Of a stretch of 64,000 nt of DNA, positions 56,305 through 64,000 are shown piece by piece. The stretch is taken from the NCBI GenBank assembly GCA_965208835.1, contig OZ242358.1, positions 2,688,001-2,752,000 of the forward strand. The letters are read 5' to 3'. The stretch's first letter is position 1. Each line of letters opens with the position of its first letter. The DNA comes from Candidatus Latescibacterota bacterium. Lineage in GTDB: Bacteria; Latescibacterota; UBA2968; GCA-2709665. The position numbers and the translations under genes are program-made. The notes under the pieces are model-generated. The model was not told where the DNA came from. It saw only the letters and a program-made list of their open reading frames with translations, and did not search any database.

Positions 56305-56343
56305 CCGGTGCTCACGGGTTCGCGCAGTCTCGGATACAGGGTT

Positions 56344-58125
56344 TCAGATTGCATCCAGTTCGCGGGTCAACTGCTGCCGGCGGTACATAGCGGCATAGAT
56401 TCCGTCGCGGCCGATCAGTTCGTCGTGGGTACCGCGTTCGGCAATCGCCCCTCCGTCCAGTACCACAATCTGATCCGCATCCTGTACGGTCGAAATCCGG
56501 TGCGCAATCAGTATGGTGGTTCTGAGTTTCATGACGTCGCGCAGGCGATGCAATATCCTCTCTTCAGTCTGTGTATCGACGCTGGCGAGCGCATCGTCCA
56601 GGACGAGAATCTCCGGTCGACGAATCACCGCCCGGGCCAGAGCCGTGCGCTGCTTCTGGCCGCCCGACAAAGTGACGCCGCGCTCTCCAATTACCGTTTC
56701 GATCCCGTCAGGGAAATTCGCCAGATCGCTCGAAAGACCGGCGACCTCGCTCGCCCAACGTACGTCGGTCTCTGTTGCCCGGTCGCTTCCCAGGCAGATA
56801 TTCTCCCGAAGGGAGTCGGAGAAAAGAAACGTATCCTGCGGAACAAATCCGATGCAGGCCCTGAGTGTAGCCAGCGGAATCTCGTCCACGGGAATGCCGT
56901 CGATGAGCACGGTACCTCCGGGTGCCTGGAGCAGCCGCGGAATCAGGCGAGCCAGCGTGGTTTTTCCGGATCCCACGCGTCCAACCAGCGCCAATGTGCT
57001 TCCCCTGGGGATGTGAAGGTGGATGTCTTTCAGCACCGGCGCGCCGTTGTACGAAAAGGTCAGATTCCGGAATTCGATCTCGCCACCCAGCGTTGCGATA
57101 GCCCTGGTATTCGCCGTATCCTGAATTTCGGGCGATGTGCCAAGGACTTCCTGAATTCGCTTCATGGACGCCAGGCCCCGCTGGTACCGATCGATCATCC
57201 AACCCAGGGTAATCATCGGAAAGATCAGCCTGGTCAGGTAGGCGTTGAATGCCACAAAGTCCCCCAGGGTCAGCCGCCCGTCGATCACGTGTGCGCCCCC
57301 GATCCAGAGAATGACCGCCAGCGATGCGCCGCTGATAAGAAAGGTCAGAGGAAAAAGCAGACTCTGAATACGAATCAGGCTGCGGTTCTTTACCAGGTAG
57401 TCCCGGCTCAGTTCGTCGAACGCATCCATCTCCGCGCGGCCCTGGGCGAATGCCTTGACCACCCGGATGCCGGCCAGGTTTTCCTGGACCCGGGCGCTGA
57501 TACGCGAGAACTGTTCCTGCACGGATCGAAATCCGTGATGAACCCTGCCGGCCAGGCGGTTCATGACCAGAGCCATCACCGGCATCGGGACCACGGCAAG
57601 AATCGCCAGCTTCCAGTCGATCCAGCACATCACCAGCATACTCACGGAAAGGCCCAATACCGCGCCAAACAACATGCGTACACCGAATCCGAGAAACATC
57701 CGAACGGCGTTCATGTCGTTGGTCGCGCGGGATATCAGATCTCCCGTCGGCGTCCGATGATAGTAGCTCAGGGACAGTCTCAACAACGTCTTGAAATAGC
57801 CTTTCCGAATATCATACTCGACGAGTCGCGAGACGCTGATCAGACACCAGCGCATCCCCATTTCCAGACCCATCTGGGCGAGTGCAAGACCGACGATCAA
57901 CAGTACCCAGAATACAACCTGCTCGCCCACACTTTCCACCGAAGGAACGACTCCGCCATGCTCGCCGTCCAGCCACTCCTTTACCAGATCGACCGCCTCT
58001 CTCAACGCGAGCGGAATCGCGCTTGACGCCAGCTGACCTGCCGACAGCAGCACCAGACCCGCGAGGATACGGTTCCTGTAGGGTTTAAGATACTTCCAGA
58101 AGGGTCTGAAAGGATTGAGCGTCAC
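56344..58125 (-). CDS. Heterodimeric ABC exporter subunit A (MdlA/YheI-like, degenerate site)
   Basis: TM domain plus NBD with GRVGSGKT and LSGGQKQR; Walker B reads LDDA (catalytic E replaced by D). Confidence 0.94.
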   Translation of the reverse strand: MTLNPFRPFWKYLKPYRNRILAGLVLLSAGQLASSAIPLALREAVDLVKEWLDGEHGGVVPSVESVGEQVVFWVLLIVGLALAQMGLEMGMRWCLISVSRLVEYDIRKGYFKTLLRLSLSYYHRTPTGDLISRATNDMNAVRMFLGFGVRMLFGAVLGLSVSMLVMCWIDWKLAILAVVPMPVMALVMNRLAGRVHHGFRSVQEQFSRISARVQENLAGIRVVKAFAQGRAEMDAFDELSRDYLVKNRSLIRIQSLLFPLTFLISGASLAVILWIGGAHVIDGRLTLGDFVAFNAYLTRLIFPMITLGWMIDRYQRGLASMKRIQEVLGTSPEIQDTANTRAIATLGGEIEFRNLTFSYNGAPVLKDIHLHIPRGSTLALVGRVGSGKTTLARLIPRLLQAPGGTVLIDGIPVDEIPLATLRACIGFVPQDTFLFSDSLRENICLGSDRATETDVRWASEVAGLSSDLANFPDGIETVIGERGVTLSGGQKQRTALARAVIRRPEILVLDDALASVDTQTEERILHRLRDVMKLRTTILIAHRISTVQDADQIVVLDGGAIAERGTHDELIGRDGIYAAMYRRQQLTRELDAI

Positions 58126-58180
58126 GGTCGAATCCTATGGCTGATTCAACAATCCGTCCGACAGCGGCATACTGTCGGCC

Positions 58181-58300
58181 TATCGGTCCGTTGATAAAGT
58201 CGCTCTGCAGGCGAGGTATGGTATCCCGTCCCGGAAATATGTCACCATTCGACCGCAAGGGCCGGCCGCAGCCCGGATGGGCTTTTTCAACGGGCTGCTA
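58181..58300. repeat. Full copy of the MITE-like inverted-repeat element
   Basis: TATCGGTCCGTTGATAAAGTCGCTCTGCAGGCGAGG-[31 nt]-TTCGACCGCAAGGGCCGGCCGCAGCCCGGATGGGCTTTTTCAACGGGCTGCTA. Its terminal CTA is the stop codon of the adjacent ATL gene. Confidence 0.88.
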
Positions 58301-58624
58301 TGGGTCGGCGTGCCACCGATAGACGTCCAGATCGACTTTACCGTTCACGAAGGTCACGCCCTCGGCCTCGAGGAGCCGTTCCTGGACCAGGTGCGCCTTT
58401 CTTGCGCCTGTGCGAATCGACACGGTCCCCCGCGCGTTTATCACCCGATGCCACGGACACCTGGCACCTGCCGGCAATGCCTTGAGCGCCTGCCCCACCT
58501 GCCTGGGCCCAACACCCGCAATCCGGGCAATCTGTCCGTAGGTGGCCACGGTCCCTTCGGGAATCCTGTCGACCACCCGATAGATCCTTCGAAACGTGCG
58601 CTCGAATTCCGGCATTTTGTGCAT
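58298..58624 (-). CDS. Alkyltransferase-like protein (ATL/YbaZ-type MGMT family)
   Basis: IPEGTVATYGQIA, RQVG and PWHRV (Trp in place of the catalytic Cys). Confidence 0.92.
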   Translation of the reverse strand: MHKMPEFERTFRRIYRVVDRIPEGTVATYGQIARIAGVGPRQVGQALKALPAGARCPWHRVINARGTVSIRTGARKAHLVQERLLEAEGVTFVNGKVDLDVYRWHADP

Positions 58625-58683
58625 GACCCCTGCGCAAATGATGGATCCCGCCTGCGCCTGCCCGCGTGCCGGAAACGGCCGGT

Positions 58684-59742
58684 CTAACGATCCGATACAC
58701 TGTTTTTCAGCAGCCAGTCTTCCAGATACCGGGAGGGATCCGTCTGCGACTCACATTGTTTGAAGATCCGGACGGCTGCCTTGAGGTCCTGACCCAGCGT
58801 CCGGTACACGCGATCGAAGATGTCTACCTTTTCGTGGTAGGTTCGATAGGCCATCATCACGGCGTTATTCAACCGGCGCCGGGGAAAGCGGGAATACACG
58901 CCGGTCTTCAGATCCAGCCCGTAAAAGCGATGCTTCGCACGTTCGAAGATGACCTCTCGCTCTTGCAGCTTCTCTTCGTAGGGGCGTTCCGTTTCGTAGA
59001 GCGCCTGGAGTTCTTTCGCAACACCATGCATGAATCGTCTGAAAGTTCGTTCGTCGGACCTCCTGTCCAGCATGACCTTCACGAAGGCAGCCTCCGGTCC
59101 GTAACGCTGCCGCATGAACTGCAGGGCGCCGGTTTCTCCCACAAATGTCGCCAGGCTTTCGTTGAAGGAGACATGGTCCTGAATCCACACCGTCCCGTGC
59201 GCCAACTCATGGATGATGAGTTCCGCCAGGTCGCCATCGCCGTAGCGCAGCATCGTACTCAGGATCGGATCCGCGAACCAGCCCAGCGTACTGTAGGCGC
59301 CAACGGGACGCAACAGTGTATCGAAATCTTGCGCATCCAGTCGATTCCGATCCACTTTCGCCCGGTCCAGATCAAAATAACCCCGGTAGGGAAATCTTCC
59401 CACTACCGGGTACGTCCATAAAACGGGCTCGATCCGGTCCTTTGGCGACGCTGTCAACTGCCACGAAACCGGTCCCTCGCCGATATCGATGTAGGTGCCG
59501 TAATTGCGGGACCGGGCAAGCCCGATCCGTTGTTCCGCGAACCGTCGCACCTCCTGAATGAATTCGAGCCGTTTACGGACCTCCTGATCCAGATTCCCAC
59601 CCGCAAGCAGGTTCGTTACGGGTTGACGGTTCCAGAGCAGTTTCGCCTGGCCGCGAACCAGGTGCCAATAGTATCCGAGTTCCAGGTTCAGGCCGAAAAT
59701 CAGGGGCAGCAGAACGACCATGGCCGGGTGGGTCCTGCTCAT
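58684..59742 (-). CDS. Putative zinc aminopeptidase (DUF2265-like)
   Basis: PYRGYF, AYSTLGWFADP, HELAH and FNESLA motifs; ATGA overlap with the SIS-domain gene. Confidence 0.88.
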   Translation of the reverse strand: MSRTHPAMVVLLPLIFGLNLELGYYWHLVRGQAKLLWNRQPVTNLLAGGNLDQEVRKRLEFIQEVRRFAEQRIGLARSRNYGTYIDIGEGPVSWQLTASPKDRIEPVLWTYPVVGRFPYRGYFDLDRAKVDRNRLDAQDFDTLLRPVGAYSTLGWFADPILSTMLRYGDGDLAELIIHELAHGTVWIQDHVSFNESLATFVGETGALQFMRQRYGPEAAFVKVMLDRRSDERTFRRFMHGVAKELQALYETERPYEEKLQEREVIFERAKHRFYGLDLKTGVYSRFPRRRLNNAVMMAYRTYHEKVDIFDRVYRTLGQDLKAAVRIFKQCESQTDPSRYLEDWLLKNSVSDR

Positions 59743-60314
59743 CTCGATCGTTCCGCATCCATGAAATAGTAACAGACGATGTGCTGGAGAACCATATGGA
59801 TGTCTTCGACTCTCCCCATGTGGTCCGATTCCACGACGATGCAGTGACGAGCCAGATCTTTCAGCTTCCCGCCACCGAATCCGGCAAAACCCACCGTATG
59901 ACAACCCAGCCGGTTTGCATATCGCACGGCACGGAGGACGTTTTCTGAATTTCCGCTCCCGCTGATCGCCAGCAATACGTCCCCGGGTTCCGTGAAGTTC
60001 TTCATCTGCTCGACGAACACGTCATCGTAGCTCAGATCGTTGCTCAGCGCCGTCATCCACGCCACGTTGTCGGTTAGCGGAATCACCTTGAACCGGGTCT
60101 CACGGCCGACCGATGCCCCCTTCCCCATGTCGTTCACGAAATGGGAGGCCGTACCCGCGCTACCGCCGTTTCCTATGGCAAAAATCCGGTTTCCGGAGTC
60201 CCTGGCGTTCCGCATGAGCGTGATGACAGAGGCGATTTGGGCGGGATTCAACGACGCCAGAAGTTTCCCGCTTTCCTGGATATATTTGGCGGCAAAGGTC
60301 TCAATGGACTCCAT
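59739..60314 (-). CDS. SIS-domain phosphoheptose isomerase-like protein (GmhA family)
   Basis: GNGGSA, ALSND..YDDVF.EQ, ISGSGNS.NV and EDIH motifs. Confidence 0.9.
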   Translation of the reverse strand: MESIETFAAKYIQESGKLLASLNPAQIASVITLMRNARDSGNRIFAIGNGGSAGTASHFVNDMGKGASVGRETRFKVIPLTDNVAWMTALSNDLSYDDVFVEQMKNFTEPGDVLLAISGSGNSENVLRAVRYANRLGCHTVGFAGFGGGKLKDLARHCIVVESDHMGRVEDIHMVLQHIVCYYFMDAERSR

Positions 60315-60383
60315 GAAATTCCCCAATGTCCTGCGCCGAGACCGCACGCGCCGCCGTTCGGGCTTCGTTGCAACGCCTTACGG

Positions 60384-61250
60384 TCAGTCGCGTGAATCCA
60401 ACCCCGCCGCGCGCCAAGCTTCGTCCAGCCCCCGATGAGTCACGCGTACAGCTTCGCTCGCAGGTAGTTCCCTGACCTTCCGGCTGAATGGCTCCGGCGT
60501 GACGGGCCCTTTGTATCCGATCACGTTCAACGCGCTCAGGAAACCCACCAGATCGATCACGCCGGTCTCTGAGGGCAGCGCGCGAACCTGATCGATCTGT
60601 TCCCCCACGGCCACGTCGGCCGGCGCGTCATTCACGTGGACGTGAACGACGTCGTTCGGCGCGAGTCCCCTGATATCCGCCAGCGTTCCCAGCGAGGTAT
60701 ACCAGTGCCAGCAGTCCAGCAAGAGACCCGCGTTGCCGGTTCCGAGGGCCTCGCAGAATCCAAGCATGCCGGCAATGGAGTGGATGAAACCGTACGTCCG
60801 GTCGAGACGCTGCGTTCTCGGTCCGATGAACTCCAACCCAAGGCTGCATCCGTGGTCCTTCAACACATCACAAATCGGGCGCAGGCGGCCCACGCACCAC
60901 TGGAACTGCTCGCGGAAGGGCCGGTCATCGGAAGCCGGCGGTATCCACTGCGAGACCCTGAACGCGCCCACGGACGCGGCGGCTTCGGCCAAACCGGGCA
61001 ATACGTGCAGTTCACGCTTATAGTCCTCGAGCGGACCGTTCCAGGCAACCGGCAAACCCCATGCGCCGATTTTCAAGCCTGCATCGCGGAACAACCCCGT
61101 GACGTGGTCCGCACCCTTCTCTCGCACATACGCCGCCACCTCGCGAATATTGACATCCAGCCCCTGAAATCCCGCGTCCCTTGCAAATGAGAGTCCTTCC
61201 TCCAACGTCGCCTCGACACCGATGGCGCCGGGCGCCAGAGACTTGAACAT
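60384..61250 (-). CDS. Sugar phosphate isomerase/epimerase (xylose isomerase-like TIM barrel)
   Basis: LGLEF, LLDCWHW, HVHVND and GY.GPVTPE motifs; GGAGGT Shine-Dalgarno. Confidence 0.9.
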   Translation of the reverse strand: MFKSLAPGAIGVEATLEEGLSFARDAGFQGLDVNIREVAAYVREKGADHVTGLFRDAGLKIGAWGLPVAWNGPLEDYKRELHVLPGLAEAAASVGAFRVSQWIPPASDDRPFREQFQWCVGRLRPICDVLKDHGCSLGLEFIGPRTQRLDRTYGFIHSIAGMLGFCEALGTGNAGLLLDCWHWYTSLGTLADIRGLAPNDVVHVHVNDAPADVAVGEQIDQVRALPSETGVIDLVGFLSALNVIGYKGPVTPEPFSRKVRELPASEAVRVTHRGLDEAWRAAGLDSRD

Positions 61251-61265
61251 GCGGACCTCCATCGG

Positions 61266-62363
61266 CTAATTCAACGCTGCCGCGTGCGCTTTCAGCATTT
61301 CCGGGTTCAGTTCCACCCCGAGGCCAGGGCGTCGGCCAGGGCGGAGTCTGCCATTGACGATGTCTTCCGGCGGGAAGGTCTACTCCGCACGCCACCCGAT
61401 CTCGCCCCAACCATACTCCAGAATCAGGAAGCCGGGGTGGGTGAGCATGACCTGCATCCCGGCGCTTACGGCGACCGGTCCGAACGGCCCGTGCGGCGCC
61501 GTGGGTACACCAAACGCTTGCGCCGTGTCCGCGATCGCCTTCAGATTCGAGATACCCCCCACAACCGTCACGTCCGGCATGACCACGTCCATCGCCGCGC
61601 TTTCCAGCACCTCCCGGAACTCACTTCCCGCCATTCTCCCTTCGCCGCCGGCCGTACGCAACCCGCAGCGCCGGTTCACTTCGACGACGGCCGACAGACG
61701 ATCTTCAGAAACAGGCTGCTCGAACCAGTAAACGTCCAGATCACGGAGCGCCGCGGCGGTTTCAAGGGCACCCCCGATTGTGAAATGGCTGTGACAGTCG
61801 ACCAGCAGGTCCACATCCGGACCGACCGCCCGGCGGACAGCCTGTACGCGGGCGATGCCCGGCCTGGCTTCTTCCGCGGAGTCTATATTGCGATGCATCC
61901 CGTCAAATGGCGCCAGCTTCACGGCATCGAAACCCTCAGCGACAGCCCGGGCCGCCAGGTTCGCGAAGTTCTCCGGGCTGCGATCCTGCGATGCCCTGTT
62001 GATATTGGCATACAGGCGGACGTCATCGCGGACCGGTCCTCCCAGAAGTGTGTAAACCGGTACCTCGAGCGATTTTCCAAGAAGATCCCAAAGCGCCTGT
62101 TCCAGCGCGCTGACGGCGCCAAGGGTGTCTCTGTCGCAGTCAATCCGGGTAAACCGGTCCGAAAAGTCCCGAATCCGCCGGGGATCCCGGCCACGAAGCC
62201 ATTCGGCCAGCTCCTTCGTAGCCCGCAGTCGGCCGGCGTAGTTCCTGCCCGCGCGCAGTTCTCCGAGGCCGCGCAATCCCTCGTCGGTATTGACGGAAAC
62301 AAAAACCCAGTCCCCCAGGTGATTCACCCTGACGGCGGTCAGTTCGACACCGGTAATTCTCAT
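61266..62363 (-). pseudogene. Mandelate racemase/galactonate dehydratase-family enzyme interrupted by one in-frame TAG (61380-61382)
   Basis: EQALWD, VKLAPFD, VDCH, FEQP, GGE and APH motifs. After ...WRAE* the same frame continues TFPPEDIVNGRLRPGRRPGLGVELN... to a TAG at 61266. Confidence 0.8.
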
Positions 62364-62372
62364 TTCACCGAC

Positions 62373-63440
62373 CTAGGCCCGATAGACTTTGGCGACGCGC
62401 TTGGCGATACCGCGCCAGTCGAGCGATCTGGCGCGTTCGAACGCCGCACGGCCGGCCTCGTCGAGGTCGCGCCGTCTGATGTCGAGCAGCGCGTTTGACA
62501 GAGCCCGGCTGTCCTTCGGATCGTACAAAATGCCCATCGATTCGTCGACCAGTTCCGGCAGGCATCCGAGCGCCGGTACGATAACCGGTTTCCCGAATGA
62601 AAGTGCGGCGATTGCAGAACCGGACGTCAGAACCTGCGAAAACGGCAGCACGGCGACGTCCGCTGCATTCAGATAAATCTGAAAATCCTCATTGGGGAAA
62701 AAGGAGTGCGTGAACACGTGAATGCGTTCGTCTTCTTCCGCCAGGGCGATGACCTGGTCGGCGTGACTTCCGTCGAAAGCTCTTCGGGTCATGATAGCCA
62801 GCCGCGTGTCCGCGGCCGCACGTTCACGATACGCCCGGATCAGCTTTTCGATCCCCTTATAAACTCTCGCATTTCCAAAAAACAGATACACAAACGCGTC
62901 CGCGGGAAGCCGCAGCCGGCGCCGGGCAGCTTCTCTCGAGATTTCGTTTGGGAAGATGTCGATGTAGTGGCCGTGCGGAATGACGTGAAGGCGTTCGGTA
63001 CGGTAGAATAGCCTGCGTGCAAGCCGGGCGCCGTAGTTGCAGTGCGCAATCATGCTGTCTGCCAGGCGCCCCACGATCAACCGCGCCAGATGGTCCAGCT
63101 CCGGAAACGGTCGTTCGTGAGGATACCGGTTGTGCAACGTCCAGACAACCCGGTACCCCAGTTCCCTGGCATAGTGCAGGTTGTCCGCGAATCGGTTGAG
63201 CCGCGAAACCGATTTTTCAAGGGTTTCGTCACGGTAGAACCAGTGGAGCCAATTGAGGTGCAACACCGAATAGTCGTTGCGCGCGTCTTTCAACCAATCC
63301 TGCCGGAACGCGTAATCGCCGAGTTCGAGCTGGATACCGAGCTTTGCCAAATCGCGAGCAAGCAGGGGCCCATAGGGATTGCACCGGTCCTGAAGCGACA
63401 GGCCGCCGGCCGCGGCTTCCCAGAAAAAAAACGCCCGCAT
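62373..63440 (-). CDS. GT4-family glycosyltransferase
   Basis: NPY, HLNW, WTLHN, FFG.AR.YKG and ADVAVLPF...TSGS..ALSFGKPVI motifs. Confidence 0.9.
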   Translation of the reverse strand: MRAFFFWEAAAGGLSLQDRCNPYGPLLARDLAKLGIQLELGDYAFRQDWLKDARNDYSVLHLNWLHWFYRDETLEKSVSRLNRFADNLHYARELGYRVVWTLHNRYPHERPFPELDHLARLIVGRLADSMIAHCNYGARLARRLFYRTERLHVIPHGHYIDIFPNEISREAARRRLRLPADAFVYLFFGNARVYKGIEKLIRAYRERAAADTRLAIMTRRAFDGSHADQVIALAEEDERIHVFTHSFFPNEDFQIYLNAADVAVLPFSQVLTSGSAIAALSFGKPVIVPALGCLPELVDESMGILYDPKDSRALSNALLDIRRRDLDEAGRAAFERARSLDWRGIAKRVAKVYRA

Positions 63441-63443
63441 CGC

Positions 63444-64000
63444 TCAAAAGCCCTTCTTCTTGTCGATCACGCTCAACAGCGGCCGTCCGTCGCTCAACCG
63501 CTTGAGGTTTTCACAAAACAGGTTGACGATGCGGTCCTGCCTGTTCGGCGACCCGCCGGCGGTGTGCGGTGTGATCAGGACGTTGTCCAGCTTCCATAAG
63601 GGATGGCCGTGCGGCAGCGGCTCAACGGGTACGACGTCCAGTCCTGCTCCGCCGATCCGTCCTCGCGCCAGTGCGTCGACCAGCGCATCTTCGTCCATAA
63701 TGCCCCCCCGCGTTACATTGATCAGCAGCGAACCTGACTTCATGGAACGAAAAGCGCGTTCGTCGAACAGCCCCCGGGTATCGGGCGTCAGAGGCGCGCA
63801 TACGGCCACCACGTCGGACAGCGCCAGAAGGTCGTGAAACCGGTCCATCTTCCAGCAGGACGCCACGCAGGCGGGAACGTCCACGTCTTCCGGATCCACG
63901 GCCATCACCCGCATGCCGAACGCGCAGGCTCTTTTGGCAAGTTCCCGGCCCGTTCCTCCCAGACCCACGATTCCCATTGTCAGGCCCACCAGTTCCCAAC
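63444..64000 (-). CDS. D-2-hydroxyacid dehydrogenase, 5' end outside the window
   Basis: GIVGLGGTG, APLTPDT, INVTRG, AGLDV..VEP and ITPHTAG motifs. Confidence 0.92.
   Translation of the reverse strand, partial: WELVGLTMGIVGLGGTGRELAKRACAFGMRVMAVDPEDVDVPACVASCWKMDRFHDLLALSDVVAVCAPLTPDTRGLFDERAFRSMKSGSLLINVTRGGIMDEDALVDALARGRIGGAGLDVVPVEPLPHGHPLWKLDNVLITPHTAGGSPNRQDRIVNLFCENLKRLSDGRPLLSVIDKKKGF

Noticed and set aside
56278-58026. 582-aa plus-strand ORF, and similar long ORFs at 43280-44788, 30844-32067, 15229-16443 and 61284-62498
   Set aside because: Antisense shadows of well-supported minus-strand genes, expected in high-GC DNA; they contain no recognisable motifs.
1-64000. Genome-wide TAG reassignment as an explanation of the amber codon at 61380
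   Set aside because: mutL, lexA, vapC, the GT4 gene and others end in TAG at their expected C-termini.

Overview
A GC-rich bacterial chromosome segment with about 65 CDS, almost all on the minus strand, and four tRNAs (Gly-CCC, Pro-CGG, Pro-GGG, Arg-CCG). The FISYAVWWIRQ-type sigma-70, the 29-aa bS22-like protein and the degenerate MutL C-terminus point to an FCB-group lineage such as Latescibacterota or Gemmatimonadota (inference). Housekeeping genes (miaA, mutL, hpt, folE, ychF, class I aldolase, PBP1A, HU, mlaEFD, lexA) are interleaved with catabolic clusters, a xanthine-dehydrogenase-family operon with two tandem large subunits, and two type II toxin-antitoxin modules. No integrase, transposase or CRISPR array was seen. 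The main unusual observations are: (1) the mlaE-mlaF-mlaD operon continues into two paralogous secreted FG-GAP proteins, one fused to a domain with four CxxCH motifs; (2) a COG0523 GTPase lies between rtcB and archease, with mobA directly after archease; (3) a four-copy intergenic inverted-repeat element has conserved arms and a variable core; (4) an enolase-superfamily gene carries a single in-frame TAG; (5) MutL has lost predicted endonuclease metal ligands; (6) a strong terminator lies in the leader of an ABC exporter. Family assignments come from motif recognition by eye, not from database searches.
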